Under the pieces are notes generated by a model. That model worked only from the letters and a program-made list of their open reading frames with translations. It had not been told where the DNA came from and made no database searches. A DNA stretch of 64,000 bases. Origin: an uncultured Chloroflexia bacterium. GTDB taxonomy: Bacteria > Chloroflexota > Limnocylindria > Limnocylindrales > CSP1-4. The translations under genes and the position numbers were made by a program. The first letter of the stretch is position 1. The number at the start of each line of letters is the position of its first letter. The stretch covers positions 1,152,001 to 1,216,000 of the forward strand of contig CAVVJT010000007.1 in NCBI GenBank assembly GCA_963748625.1, given 5' to 3'. This document shows, in pieces, positions 29,897 through 38,861 of the stretch.

Positions 29897-30972
29897 GTCG
29901 ATGCGCCGCCCCCGCCCCCGGCGCCCTCGGACGCAGCAGCGGCCGGTCGCGCCGCGCCCCCGGCGCCCTCGGGCGCAGAAGCGGCAGACAGCGCTACGCC
30001 CTCCAGCATCGCCGCCGCGCGCCGCTCGAGCTCGGCTGCTTCGGCCGGATCGTCCGGCCAGATCGGCTTGAAGCTGTACCACTGCTCCGGCGCCGCCCGG
30101 ACCGCCATCTCCAGGAAGTCCGCGATGCGCTGCGTGGCACGCTGGAGCGTCGCCGGGTCGCTCGCGTCCACGCTGAACATGCCGTGGCTCACGACGTGGA
30201 ACTTGCCCTCGGGCGTGCGGCGGATCGCGAGCGGTGCGATCAGGGCCCCCGTCTTGGCGGCAAGCGTGGCCGGACCGGCCGGCAGGGTCGTCCAGGCGTC
30301 GAAGACCTTCACTGGAATCCCGTCGGGCCGGTAGCCCCAGTCAACCACGAGGGCCACGATCTCCTTCCTGCGCAGCACAGTGAACAGCTCGCGCAGGTTC
30401 CGCCAGGGGATGACGTGGACGCCGAAGGACTCGCGCTCCTCGCGCAGGATCTCGAAGATCTCCGGGTAGGCCGAGTCGTCCGCGACCACGTTGGCCGGTA
30501 CGCCGCGGTGCGCGATGGCGGCGGCCACGGCCTCGTTGTTGCCGATGTGCCCGGCGACCACGATCACCGGGCGCCCGCTGGATGCCCAAGTGTCCAGGAT
30601 CTCGTCCATACCAGTGCCGACGAGCGCTGCGGCCCGCTCCGACTCCGGTCGAGACGGCAGGCGCATGAGCTCCACGATGTAGGACGCGTACGCCTTGTAG
30701 GCGCGCAGGGCCAGCCGGTGCACGCGCGGGTGGTTCGGCGGCAGGTGCAGGACGTGCGCGAAGTTGGCGCTGGAGAAGCGCCGCTTCGCCGGCCAGGCGA
30801 GATACGAGAGCTGCGACACGCCCGCGATCGCCGCCCGCGAGATGGCGGGCGGCACGAACCGCAGGACGGCAGCCGTCGTGCGATAGCCGACGACCGCCGT
30901 CTTCTCGACGATCCGCGGAGGGGTGTCCTCGAGGCGCCGGTGGGGCGCCTCGAGCTTGCGCTTCTGGGTCAC
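29893..30972 (-). CDS. PatA/LpxL-family acyltransferase (paralog 1)
   Basis: [32 protein letters not shown]. Confidence 0.85.
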   Translation of the reverse strand: MTQKRKLEAPHRRLEDTPPRIVEKTAVVGYRTTAAVLRFVPPAISRAAIAGVSQLSYLAWPAKRRFSSANFAHVLHLPPNHPRVHRLALRAYKAYASYIVELMRLPSRPESERAAALVGTGMDEILDTWASSGRPVIVVAGHIGNNEAVAAAIAHRGVPANVVADDSAYPEIFEILREERESFGVHVIPWRNLRELFTVLRRKEIVALVVDWGYRPDGIPVKVFDAWTTLPAGPATLAAKTGALIAPLAIRRTPEGKFHVVSHGMFSVDASDPATLQRATQRIADFLEMAVRAAPEQWYSFKPIWPDDPAEAAELERRAAAMLEGVALSAASAPEGAGGAARPAAAASEGAGGGGGAST

Positions 30973-32160
30973 TCGGTGGCGGTTGCCCGGCTCCCTGCTT
31001 CGGTGGCCAGCGCCTTGGCGTCCTTGCGGGACTCCTCGGTGCCGGTGAGCGTCTCGTTGTCCTCGCCCCGGATGAAGGCCTCGACCCGCTCGCGGGCCAC
31101 GTCGTCGTGGACCTGGAGCGGCGGACTCTTCATGAAGTAGGACGAGGGTGCCACGAGGGTACCCGACAGGCCGCGATCAAGCCCGATCTTGAGGCACCGG
31201 ATGGCGTCGATGATGACGCCCGCGCTGTTGGGGCTGTCCCAGACCTCGAGCTTGAGCTCGGCCTTGAGCGGCACGTCGCCGAAGGTGGTGCCCTCCATGA
31301 CGATGTGGCAGTACTTGCGGTCCTTGAGCCACGGCACGTAGTCCGACGGGCCGACATGGACGTTGTCCGGGTCCATGTCGTAGTCGAGCATGGAGGTGAC
31401 AGCGTTGGTCTTGGAGATCTTCTTGGACTCCAGGCGCTCGCGCTCGAGCATGTTCATGAAGTCCGTGTTGCCGCCGAAGTTGAGCTGGTACGTGCGGTCG
31501 AGGCGCACGCCGCGGTCCATGAACAGGCGGGTCATCACGCGGTGCGTGATGGTCGCGCCCACCTGGCTCTTGATGTCGTCACCGATGACCGGCAGGCCGG
31601 CGGCGGCGAAGCGGCGCTGCCAGTACGGCTCACGGCCGATGAACACGGGGATCGCGTTCACGAAGCCGACGCCCGCCTGGATCGCCTGCTCGGCGTACCA
31701 CTTGGTCGCCTCCTCGCTGCCGACCGGGCAGGTAGGAGACCATCACGTCCACCTTGCGGTCGCGCAGGATGCCGATCACGTCGGCCGTGGGGCCGGGCGC
31801 GGGCTCGATCACCTGGGACAGGTACTTGCCCAGACCGTCGTGGGTCATGCCGCGATCCACGGTCACGCCCATGTGGGGCACGTCCATGAACTTGATGGTG
31901 TTGTTCTGGCCGGCGTAGATGGCCTCGGACAGGTCACGGCCGACCTTGGTCTTGTCGACGTCGAAGGCCGCAACGAAGTCGATGTCCGAGATGTGGTACT
32001 CGCCGAGCTGGACGTGCATCAGGCCCGGCACCGAGTCGGTGGGCTTGGCGTTCTCGTAGTAGTAGCGGCCCTGGATGAGGCTGCTGGCGCAGTTGCCGAC
32101 GCCGACGACGGCAACGCGAACCTTGCGCCCCTTGCCGGGGGCGCGATCGGTCGTGCTCAT
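30969..32160 (-). CDS. ino1: myo-inositol-1-phosphate synthase; one-base frameshift at about 31727
   Basis: [57 protein letters not shown]; removing one C restores [13 protein letters not shown]. Confidence 0.95.
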
Positions 32161-32181
32161 GGGTACTCCGCGAGGGCAGGA

Positions 32182-32811
32182 TCAGCCCTGTTGCTGGGCC
32201 GCCTGCTTGAGGGTCACGACGACGCGCTGCACGGTGGTGATCGCGGCGAGCACCGCGATCAGGCCGAGGGTGAACCCGAGGATGCCGATGTTCACGCCGG
32301 CGAGGCAGACGCCGATGGTGAGGATCACGAGACGGACCTCGCGGGGGGCGAGGCCCACGGCGGCCATGCCGGTACCCGGGGCGAACCCCAGGCTCTCAGC
32401 ACGGGCGCGGGTGTAGCTGACCATGAAGGCCATCGACATCGCTGCGGCCGACAGGATCGCGCCGATGTCGTAGCCGGCGAAGAGGCACCCGGCCGTGAGG
32501 CCGATGTACACGACGCCCTCGCCCCACCGGTCGAAGGTGGAGTCCATGAAGGCGCCGGCTTTGGAGGTGGAGTTGGTGGCGCGGGCGACCATCCCGTCGA
32601 ACATGTCGAAGATGCCGCCGAAGATGATCAGCAGGCCGGCCGGAAGCCAGGCCTGCAAGCCTGCGACGACGGCAGCCACGACGGCGATGCCGAAGCCGAT
32701 GATCGTGATCGCGTTGGGGGAGAGGCCCAGGCGGACGAACAGCCGTCCGATGGGCTCTGCCAGGGCGCGGACCTTGGCCCGCATGTCGGGCGAGACGAAC
32801 GAGCCGCTCAC
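32182..32811 (-). CDS. pgsA: CDP-alcohol phosphatidyltransferase, phosphatidylinositol-phosphate synthase-like
   Basis: SPNAIT, DMFDGMVAR...GAFMDSTFDR, VSYTRARAESLG, TTVQR; adjacent to ino1. Confidence 0.88.
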   Translation of the reverse strand: MSGSFVSPDMRAKVRALAEPIGRLFVRLGLSPNAITIIGFGIAVVAAVVAGLQAWLPAGLLIIFGGIFDMFDGMVARATNSTSKAGAFMDSTFDRWGEGVVYIGLTAGCLFAGYDIGAILSAAAMSMAFMVSYTRARAESLGFAPGTGMAAVGLAPREVRLVILTIGVCLAGVNIGILGFTLGLIAVLAAITTVQRVVVTLKQAAQQQG

Positions 32812-33173
32812 GATGCGTCCTCCGCCGTTCCCCGGCCGCTCGGTTCCAGCCCTAGCGCCCGTGCCTGCCGGGTGGCGAACATCGTGAAGGCCTCCGTCTC
32901 GAGGGAATGGATCGTCTCCCGGCCGTTCCGTCGCGCGGAGACCAGCCCGACCTCACGCAGTTTAGAGAGATGCCAGGAGACGAGGGGCTGCGAAAGGCCG
33001 ACCTGGTCGACGAGCTCGGTGACCGTGGCCGGATGATCCGCAAGCACCCGGATGATCCGCAGCCGGTTGACGTCGGCCAGCACCTTGTGGACACGTCGCA
33101 GCTCGCGCAGGTCGTCGGGCTGGACGACGGCTGCGGCGAGCGTGCTCCGGATCCGTGCGGGTGTGGGGGACAT
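32808..33173 (-). CDS. ArsR/SmtB-family transcriptional regulator
   Basis: KVLADVNRLRII, LSQPLVSWHLSKLREVGLV, RRNGR. Confidence 0.92.
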   Translation of the reverse strand: MSPTPARIRSTLAAAVVQPDDLRELRRVHKVLADVNRLRIIRVLADHPATVTELVDQVGLSQPLVSWHLSKLREVGLVSARRNGRETIHSLETEAFTMFATRQARALGLEPSGRGTAEDAS

Positions 33174-33217
33174 CGAACGACCGGTTCCTCCGGGAGCGTC
33201 GACACCGCCGTGGTACT

Positions 33218-33277
33218 CATCAACGACGGTTTATATCAACGGTCGTTGATGCTAGGCGCGCGGCGTGGACCTGTCAA
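33218..33277 (-). promoter_or_regulatory. Promoter and double ArsR-type operator of the inositol-lipid operon
   Basis: TTGACA-17 nt-TAGCAT; 34-bp near-palindrome 33218-33251 made of two ATCAAC-N4-GTT(G/T)AT units over the -10 and start site. Confidence 0.8.
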
Positions 33278-33355
33278 CCCCCTCTGACGCGCTTGTCGTG
33301 AATGGCTCTCCCGCCTCTGGAACGGCTCGCGGTGGATGCGCCCTACACTCGCGCG

Positions 33356-35095
33356 GTGGATCGACTCTCGCGGCGTGACTCGCTCGTCCTGCTCGGCGTC
33401 CTGGGGACCGGGGTGTTCCTGGCCGGCCTGGAGCTGATGATCACGGCCGTCGCGCTGCCGGCCATCGTGACGGACCTCGCGGACTGGACCCGCCTGCGCG
33501 AGGCGTCCTGGATCATCAACGGCTACCTGCTGGTCTATGTCGTGACGATGCCCCTTGCCGGCCGTCTCGCCGACCTGTGGGGCAACCGCCGGCTGTTCCT
33601 GGCGGCGCTGGTCATCTTCACCGCGGGCTCGCTGCTGGCAGGCGCCGCCCAGTCACTCGAGCAGCTCATCGTGGCCCGCCTTGTCCAGGCGGTGGGCGGT
33701 GGCGCCCTGGTACCCGTGGCCACGTCGGCAGCGTCCCACCTCTTCCCCGGCGCCGCGCGGCCGCGGGCCCTGGGCGTCATCGCCTCGCTGACCTTCCTGG
33801 GCATGGCGGCGGGTCCGTTCCTGGGGGCCGCGATCCTGGGCGCGCTCAACCCGGCGGCTGCCCTCTCGCGCATCGGTGCGGACCCGGGCACCCCGCTCGC
33901 TGCGCTCCTCGCCCCCGCCTGGCGCTGGGTGTTCTACGTCAACGTGCCAGTCGGGATCGTCGCGCTGGTGATCGCGTGGGCCGCCAGCTCGGACTGGGAG
34001 ACACCACGGCGGCAGGGTCGCGTCGATGTCGTCGGCGCGCTGCTGTTCTCGGCGTTCCTGGTGGGCATGCTCGGGGCACTCACGCTCCTGGGCAGCCGTG
34101 CCGGCCCGGACGGCGGGCTCGATCCGCAGACGGTGTCGCTGGTGCTTGCCGGGGTGGCCGTCGTGGGGCTCGTGGTCACGATCGGGCGCGGGTTGCGTGT
34201 CCCTGACCCATTCCTGGACCCGCGCCTGTTCCGCTCGCTGCCGTTCTCGTCGGCAGCGCTGGTGTCGCTGCTCACGGGATACGGGCTCGCGACCGCGATC
34301 GTGGGGGCGGCGGTCTTCGTGGACCGCGTCCTGTACGGCGGACCGGACGAGCAGCGCATCGCCCTGGGTGCGCTGGCCGGCGCGACGGCCGTCGGCGCCC
34401 TGGTGTCGGGGTTCGCGGTCCGCGTGCTCTCACTGCGCCTGGTGACGCTCGCGGGTCTGGTCGCGTCGGTCGCCGCCCTGTGGTGGATGGCCGGCTGGAC
34501 GCCCGCCACGTCGGTGGAGCAGGCAGCGCTGGCGCTGGCGGTCTTCGGCTTCGGCTTCGGCATCACCGTCACGCCCCGATCCACCGCCGCGGTCGAGGCG
34601 GTGGCCCCGAGCGCCTACGGCATCGCGTCATCCACGGTCACCGTGGCACGCATGGTCGGGATGGCCGTCGGCCTCGCGATCCTGACCGCCTACGGATCCA
34701 CGACCATCGACCGCCTCTACGACCAGGTCTACGCGTCACCGGACGCGTACAAGCAGTTCGTTCCGGACAGCCTCACCGACCGTCCGCTCAAGGACGGCCA
34801 GGTGGTCGAGGCGCTCGAGCAGTGGGCGGCAGGCGAGGCGGCCCGGATCATGGTCGGCATCTTCATGGTGGCGGCCGTCGTGACCGCCGTGGCCATCCCG
34901 CCCGCGCTGTTGCTCGACCGCCGGAAGCGTATGCTCGGCGACGCCGGGAGCGACCCGGTGCCAACGGGAGCCCCCAAGGCCGATGCCGGATCCCAGCCAG
35001 CCGACGCCGCACCCCAGCCAGCCGACGCCGCACCCCAGCCAGCCGACGCCGCACCCCAGCCAGCCGACACCGCACCCCAGCCAGCCGACGCCTGA
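33356..35095 (+). CDS. MFS transporter, DHA2/EmrB-like
   Basis: WIINGYLL, GRLADLWGNRR, ARLVQAVGGG, WRWVFYVNVPVG, DPFLDPRLF; GTG 6 nt after TACACT. Confidence 0.9.
   Translation: MDRLSRRDSLVLLGVLGTGVFLAGLELMITAVALPAIVTDLADWTRLREASWIINGYLLVYVVTMPLAGRLADLWGNRRLFLAALVIFTAGSLLAGAAQSLEQLIVARLVQAVGGGALVPVATSAASHLFPGAARPRALGVIASLTFLGMAAGPFLGAAILGALNPAAALSRIGADPGTPLAALLAPAWRWVFYVNVPVGIVALVIAWAASSDWETPRRQGRVDVVGALLFSAFLVGMLGALTLLGSRAGPDGGLDPQTVSLVLAGVAVVGLVVTIGRGLRVPDPFLDPRLFRSLPFSSAALVSLLTGYGLATAIVGAAVFVDRVLYGGPDEQRIALGALAGATAVGALVSGFAVRVLSLRLVTLAGLVASVAALWWMAGWTPATSVEQAALALAVFGFGFGITVTPRSTAAVEAVAPSAYGIASSTVTVARMVGMAVGLAILTAYGSTTIDRLYDQVYASPDAYKQFVPDSLTDRPLKDGQVVEALEQWAAGEAARIMVGIFMVAAVVTAVAIPPALLLDRRKRMLGDAGSDPVPTGAPKADAGSQPADAAPQPADAAPQPADAAPQPADTAPQPADA
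34992..35092. repeat. 21-bp tandem repeat, about 4.8 copies
   Basis: CCCAGCCAGCCGACGCCGCAC units; encodes PQPADAA in the MFS C-terminus. Confidence 0.92.
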
Positions 35096-35105
35096 CGACC
35101 ACCTC

Positions 35106-36071
35106 GTGTGGCCGCGCATCCGGGGCGTGGCGTGGACCCCGTCCGGGCATCGCGAGATCGCGGGCAGGTCCGGGCTTGCGGCGGCGCTCGCCGATCCCGA
35201 GGCCCGGGTCTGGGTCGATGTCACGGCGCCCGCCCACGTCGCGGTGCACGACATCGCCGAGCTGCTCACGCTCCACCCGCTGATCATCGAGGACATCGCG
35301 GAGCGCAACCAGCGCGCGAAGATCGAGGAGATCGACGGGACGCTGCACGTGGTCCTGTTCGCGATCCTGTTCGAGGGCGAGGTGGCGGAGATCGAGATCG
35401 ACATCGTGCTGAACCACCGCTCGCTGCTCACGGTCCATGAGCCGGGCTGGGACCCGTTCGCCCTGCCCCAGCTGCGCGGAGGTGCCGCTCCCCACCTCAA
35501 GCGGGGCGTGGACTTCCTCCTGTACGCCCTGTCTGACGGCATCGTGGACGCCTACTTCCCGGTGCTCGACCGGATCGAGGACGAGATCGATGCGCTCCAG
35601 GACGACGTGGTCCGCAAGCCGACGACCTGGACGCTCGAGCGGCTGTTCGCGCTCAAGCGCGAGCTGATCGGGCTGCGCCGGGCGATCACGCCGGCACGCG
35701 AGGTCTTCAACCAGCTCACCAACCGCGACCAGGGGCTGGTCGCAGACGACCACCTCATCTACTTCCGCGACGTCTACGACCACCTCATCCGTGTGACCGA
35801 TGAGCTCGACAACGACCGCGAGCTCGTGAGTGGAACGCTCGAGGTCTACCTGTCCACGATCAACAACAACCTGTCCACGATCATGAAGCGGTTGACCGGG
35901 GTCACGGTGATCCTGGCGGGTATCGGGGCGGTGGCGGGGATCTTCGGCATGAGCGAGGCGGCGCTGGCCCTGGGGAGCGGCGAGGGCGCGGGGTTCTGGG
36001 TGATCGCGGGCTTCATCGTCGGGGGTGCCTCGCTGACCGCGTTCGTCCTGCGCCGGATCGACTGGATCTAG
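35106..36071 (+). CDS. corA: CorA-family divalent cation transporter; start 35106 or 34983
   Basis: LHPLIIEDI...QRAKIEE, YFRDVYDHL, MKRLT, two C-terminal TM; GMS in place of GMN. Confidence 0.88.
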   Translation: MWPRIRGVAWTPSGHREIAGRSGLAAALADPEARVWVDVTAPAHVAVHDIAELLTLHPLIIEDIAERNQRAKIEEIDGTLHVVLFAILFEGEVAEIEIDIVLNHRSLLTVHEPGWDPFALPQLRGGAAPHLKRGVDFLLYALSDGIVDAYFPVLDRIEDEIDALQDDVVRKPTTWTLERLFALKRELIGLRRAITPAREVFNQLTNRDQGLVADDHLIYFRDVYDHLIRVTDELDNDRELVSGTLEVYLSTINNNLSTIMKRLTGVTVILAGIGAVAGIFGMSEAALALGSGEGAGFWVIAGFIVGGASLTAFVLRRIDWI

Positions 36072-36330
36072 GCAGCCCGGCGCGGCGAGGCGATCGCCGG
36101 GTCCTCGTGCGCGAGCAGCAATACTCCGGTACCGGACTGTCGCGCTGATGCCCCCCAAGCACTACGAAGGCCATACTGGGGGCGCCAACGGGGCCAGGAC
36201 GGTCGTCTTGGTGTCCACCGGGCAATGCCACGACATCGCGAGCCGGGTCTATTGCCTGAAACGCATCCGCCACGCCGGCGCGACGCCGGACGCCGGACGC
36301 CGAGGTCGGGGGTTGCGCGCGGACTGAGCC

Positions 36331-37167
36331 TCAGCCGCAGGCGACCGGCTTCGGCTTGGGGTGCGATTCCTTGTAGCCGGCGTCGTCCACCGAGATCGGC
36401 AGGGCCCGGACCTGGGTCTTGCCGGGTGTCCCCTTCGGGCCCTCCGAGGTCTGGAGCCAGAGCTCCTGCCTTGTCGCGCTGACGGCATCGTCGAGCGACG
36501 TCTGGTGGAGGCGGACCTCGCGGATCTCGTAGAGGTAGACCTTCGCGTCGTCGGTGTAGACCTGCACCACCATCCCCAGCATCTTGCGCGGCGTGCCCTT
36601 CTCGATCGCCAGCCGGTAGATGGGGCCGAACATGCCGTCACGGGCGTGCGAGTAGATGTAGGTGGCGCCGGCCCGGCCGGGCCGCCCGAGGTCCCTGAGG
36701 GGCTTGCCCAGGTTGTCCATGTACATCGCGACGTTGCACAGCGGGTAGCCGTTGTTGCCCGGGATCACGGGAATGTCGATGTTGAGCGCCGGGACGACTA
36801 CGCGCGTCGCGTGCCCGTTGCCCAGCTTCGGGGTGGCCGTTGGCTTGGGCTTTGTGGTCGGCTCCGTCGACGGCGAGGTCGACGGCGATACGTCCGGCGA
36901 TGCATCCGGCGAAGCCGGGACTGCGGCGGTGGGGTCGGGCGAGACCGCAGTCGAGGGCTCGTCGGTGGGCGAGGCGAGGGCGATCTCCGGCGTGGGCGAC
37001 TCCCCGGCCGGCTCCATCGTGACGATCACGTCCGACTGCTCGGGCCGGGTGCCGGCCTGGCTCGGGTTCGCGTACGAGAGCAGGCCCGCGGTGATCAGCA
37101 CGACACCGGCCGCCGTCAGCAGCGCGGGCACGATGCGGGTGCCGAAGGCGGACGCAAGCTTCCTCAT
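36331..37167 (-). CDS. Sortase-fold protein lacking the canonical catalytic Cys
   Basis: N-terminal TM, P/S/T linker, RVVVPALNIDIPV, YIYSHAR, YLYEI, LWLQTS instead of LxTC. Confidence 0.75.
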   Translation of the reverse strand: MRKLASAFGTRIVPALLTAAGVVLITAGLLSYANPSQAGTRPEQSDVIVTMEPAGESPTPEIALASPTDEPSTAVSPDPTAAVPASPDASPDVSPSTSPSTEPTTKPKPTATPKLGNGHATRVVVPALNIDIPVIPGNNGYPLCNVAMYMDNLGKPLRDLGRPGRAGATYIYSHARDGMFGPIYRLAIEKGTPRKMLGMVVQVYTDDAKVYLYEIREVRLHQTSLDDAVSATRQELWLQTSEGPKGTPGKTQVRALPISVDDAGYKESHPKPKPVACG

Positions 37168-37237
37168 GACGCCTGCATGCTAGTCGAGGTGGGCGAATGA
37201 CGCCGATCCCCCGTTGGTGCTGGTACGCTCCCGCACG

Positions 37238-37963
37238 ATGGGTGGGAAGCTCGCAGTCACATTGGGTCTCGTGGCGGGGGTCGTCGCGGGTGGGATGCTG
37301 GTTGCCGGCGCCATCGCGCTGGTGCCGGGGCCGGCTGCGTCACCGGTGCTCCCAGCCGCCCCGTCTGTCGTTCCGGTGACCATGCCGCCTGACGCTCCGG
37401 GCCCAGGGACCACACCCGGTCCGAGCATGGTCCCTGCCAGCCAGTCGCCGGCAGCTCAGTCGGCGGCTCCGTCTGCCTCGCCATCGGCGGCTGGAGCGTC
37501 CGCCTCGCCATCGGCGGCTGGAGCGTTCAACATCGGCCAACCCGCACCACCGCTGCAGCTGCCGGCCGTGGGTGGCGGCACCGTTGATCTCGCCTCCCTG
37601 CGCGGCAAGCCCGTGTGGGTGAACTTCATGGCCACGTGGTGCCTGCCCTGCCGCGATGAACTGCCGCTCATGCAGGGGTACGCCGCCCGCTACGAGGACG
37701 AGGGGCTCGTGACCCTGCTGGTGGACGTCGGAGAGGACGAGGCTGCCGTCAAGGCGTTTCTTGACGAGCTCAACGTCTACCTGCCGGCGGCCCTCGACGC
37801 CGATGGCTCCACCCAGGGCGCGTGGGGCGCGGCTGCGCTCCCGGTCCACTTCTGGATCGACGCGGACGGGATCGTGCGCGAGTGGGCGCTGGGCGGCCTG
37901 GGCCCGGACCTGATGACCGTCGGCCTGCAGGCGATCATGCCGGGCGTGGAGGTCACGCCGTAA
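37238..37963 (+). CDS. TlpA/ResA-family membrane-anchored thiol-disulfide oxidoreductase
   Basis: LRGKPVWVNFMATWCLPCRDELP, LPVHFWIDADG. Confidence 0.92.
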   Translation: MGGKLAVTLGLVAGVVAGGMLVAGAIALVPGPAASPVLPAAPSVVPVTMPPDAPGPGTTPGPSMVPASQSPAAQSAAPSASPSAAGASASPSAAGAFNIGQPAPPLQLPAVGGGTVDLASLRGKPVWVNFMATWCLPCRDELPLMQGYAARYEDEGLVTLLVDVGEDEAAVKAFLDELNVYLPAALDADGSTQGAWGAAALPVHFWIDADGIVREWALGGLGPDLMTVGLQAIMPGVEVTP

Positions 37964-38027
37964 CGGCGCGCTGGAGGACCCGTCGCCCAGGGTTCTGCGA
38001 CGCGCCCGTCCTTCCCGCCTGGGGCGA

Positions 38028-38812
38028 TCAGGCGCCCAGGAGCAGGCCGATCCCCTCGTTGACGAGTCCAACGGCGAACACGGCGAGGAGCAGCGCAAGT
38101 GCGCGCATGACCCTGGTGTAGCCTCGGCCGCTGATCCGTCCCCGGGCGCGTCCCGTGGCTGCAGCGACCACCACCTTCGATCCCACCAGGCAGGTGTAGA
38201 AGCCGGCCAGGAACGCCACCGCTGCCGGGAGTCCACCCACGGCGAAGGCCGCCAGCATGGTCGGGGAGCCGACGGCGATCCAGAACAGCCACGGGTGCGG
38301 GCTGAGGGCGTTCACGACCGCCCCACGGGTCCAGGAGCGCGGGGTGGGAGTGCCGGGAGTCCTAGGCGTGCCGCCCGTGTCCTCGGCCGGCGCCGCCTGC
38401 GTGACCGGCGCCGCCTGCGTGACCGGCGCCGCCTGTGTGAGCGGCGCCGCCTGCGCTGGGCCGCGCTGGCCGGCGCCGCCTGCGTGACCGGCGCCGCCTG
38501 CGTGGCTGGGGCACCAGGCGGCCGGGCACGCCACGTGTCCCAGGCGAGCCACGCAACGACCAGGGCGCCCACCAGGGCGATGACGCCAAGTGCAACGTCG
38601 GACCCCGCCAGCACGCCCACCAGCAGCGTGCAGGCGGCCACGATCGGCACGTCGGTCAGCAGGGGGGCCATCGCGATGCGGGCGCCTTCGACGGGTCCGT
38701 GGCGCAGCGTCTGGGTGATCACGAGCGCCAGGAGCGGTCCCGGTGACAGCCCGGCAGACAGCCCGAACAGGGCTCCGGTCGCGAGGGCTGCCAGGACAGG
38801 CGCGGCGTCCAT
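38028..38812 (-). CDS. LysE-family exporter; frameshift inside an internal repeat at about 38460
   Basis: GLSAGLSPGPL N-half (ORF 38312-38812) plus NALSPHPWLFW C-half (frame ending at 38028). Confidence 0.8.
38386..38506. repeat. 18-bp tandem repeat, about 6 copies, interrupted
   Basis: ACCGGCGCCGCCTGCGTG units encoding TQAAPV on the minus strand. Confidence 0.85.
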
Positions 38813-38861
38813 CTGTGCGCGAGGCGGACCGCCGGATCACGGCGGTCCCCGTGCGTGCCGC

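Noticed and set aside
28862-30972. Lipid A late acyltransferases (LpxL/LpxM) implying LPS
   Set aside because: Same fold, but the context is PIP synthase, ino1 and pimA, with no lpx or kds genes in the window.
34992-35092. Tandem repeats (here, 7197-7330 and 38386-38506) as CRISPR arrays
   Set aside because: No unique spacers, unit lengths are multiples of three inside coding regions, and no cas genes.
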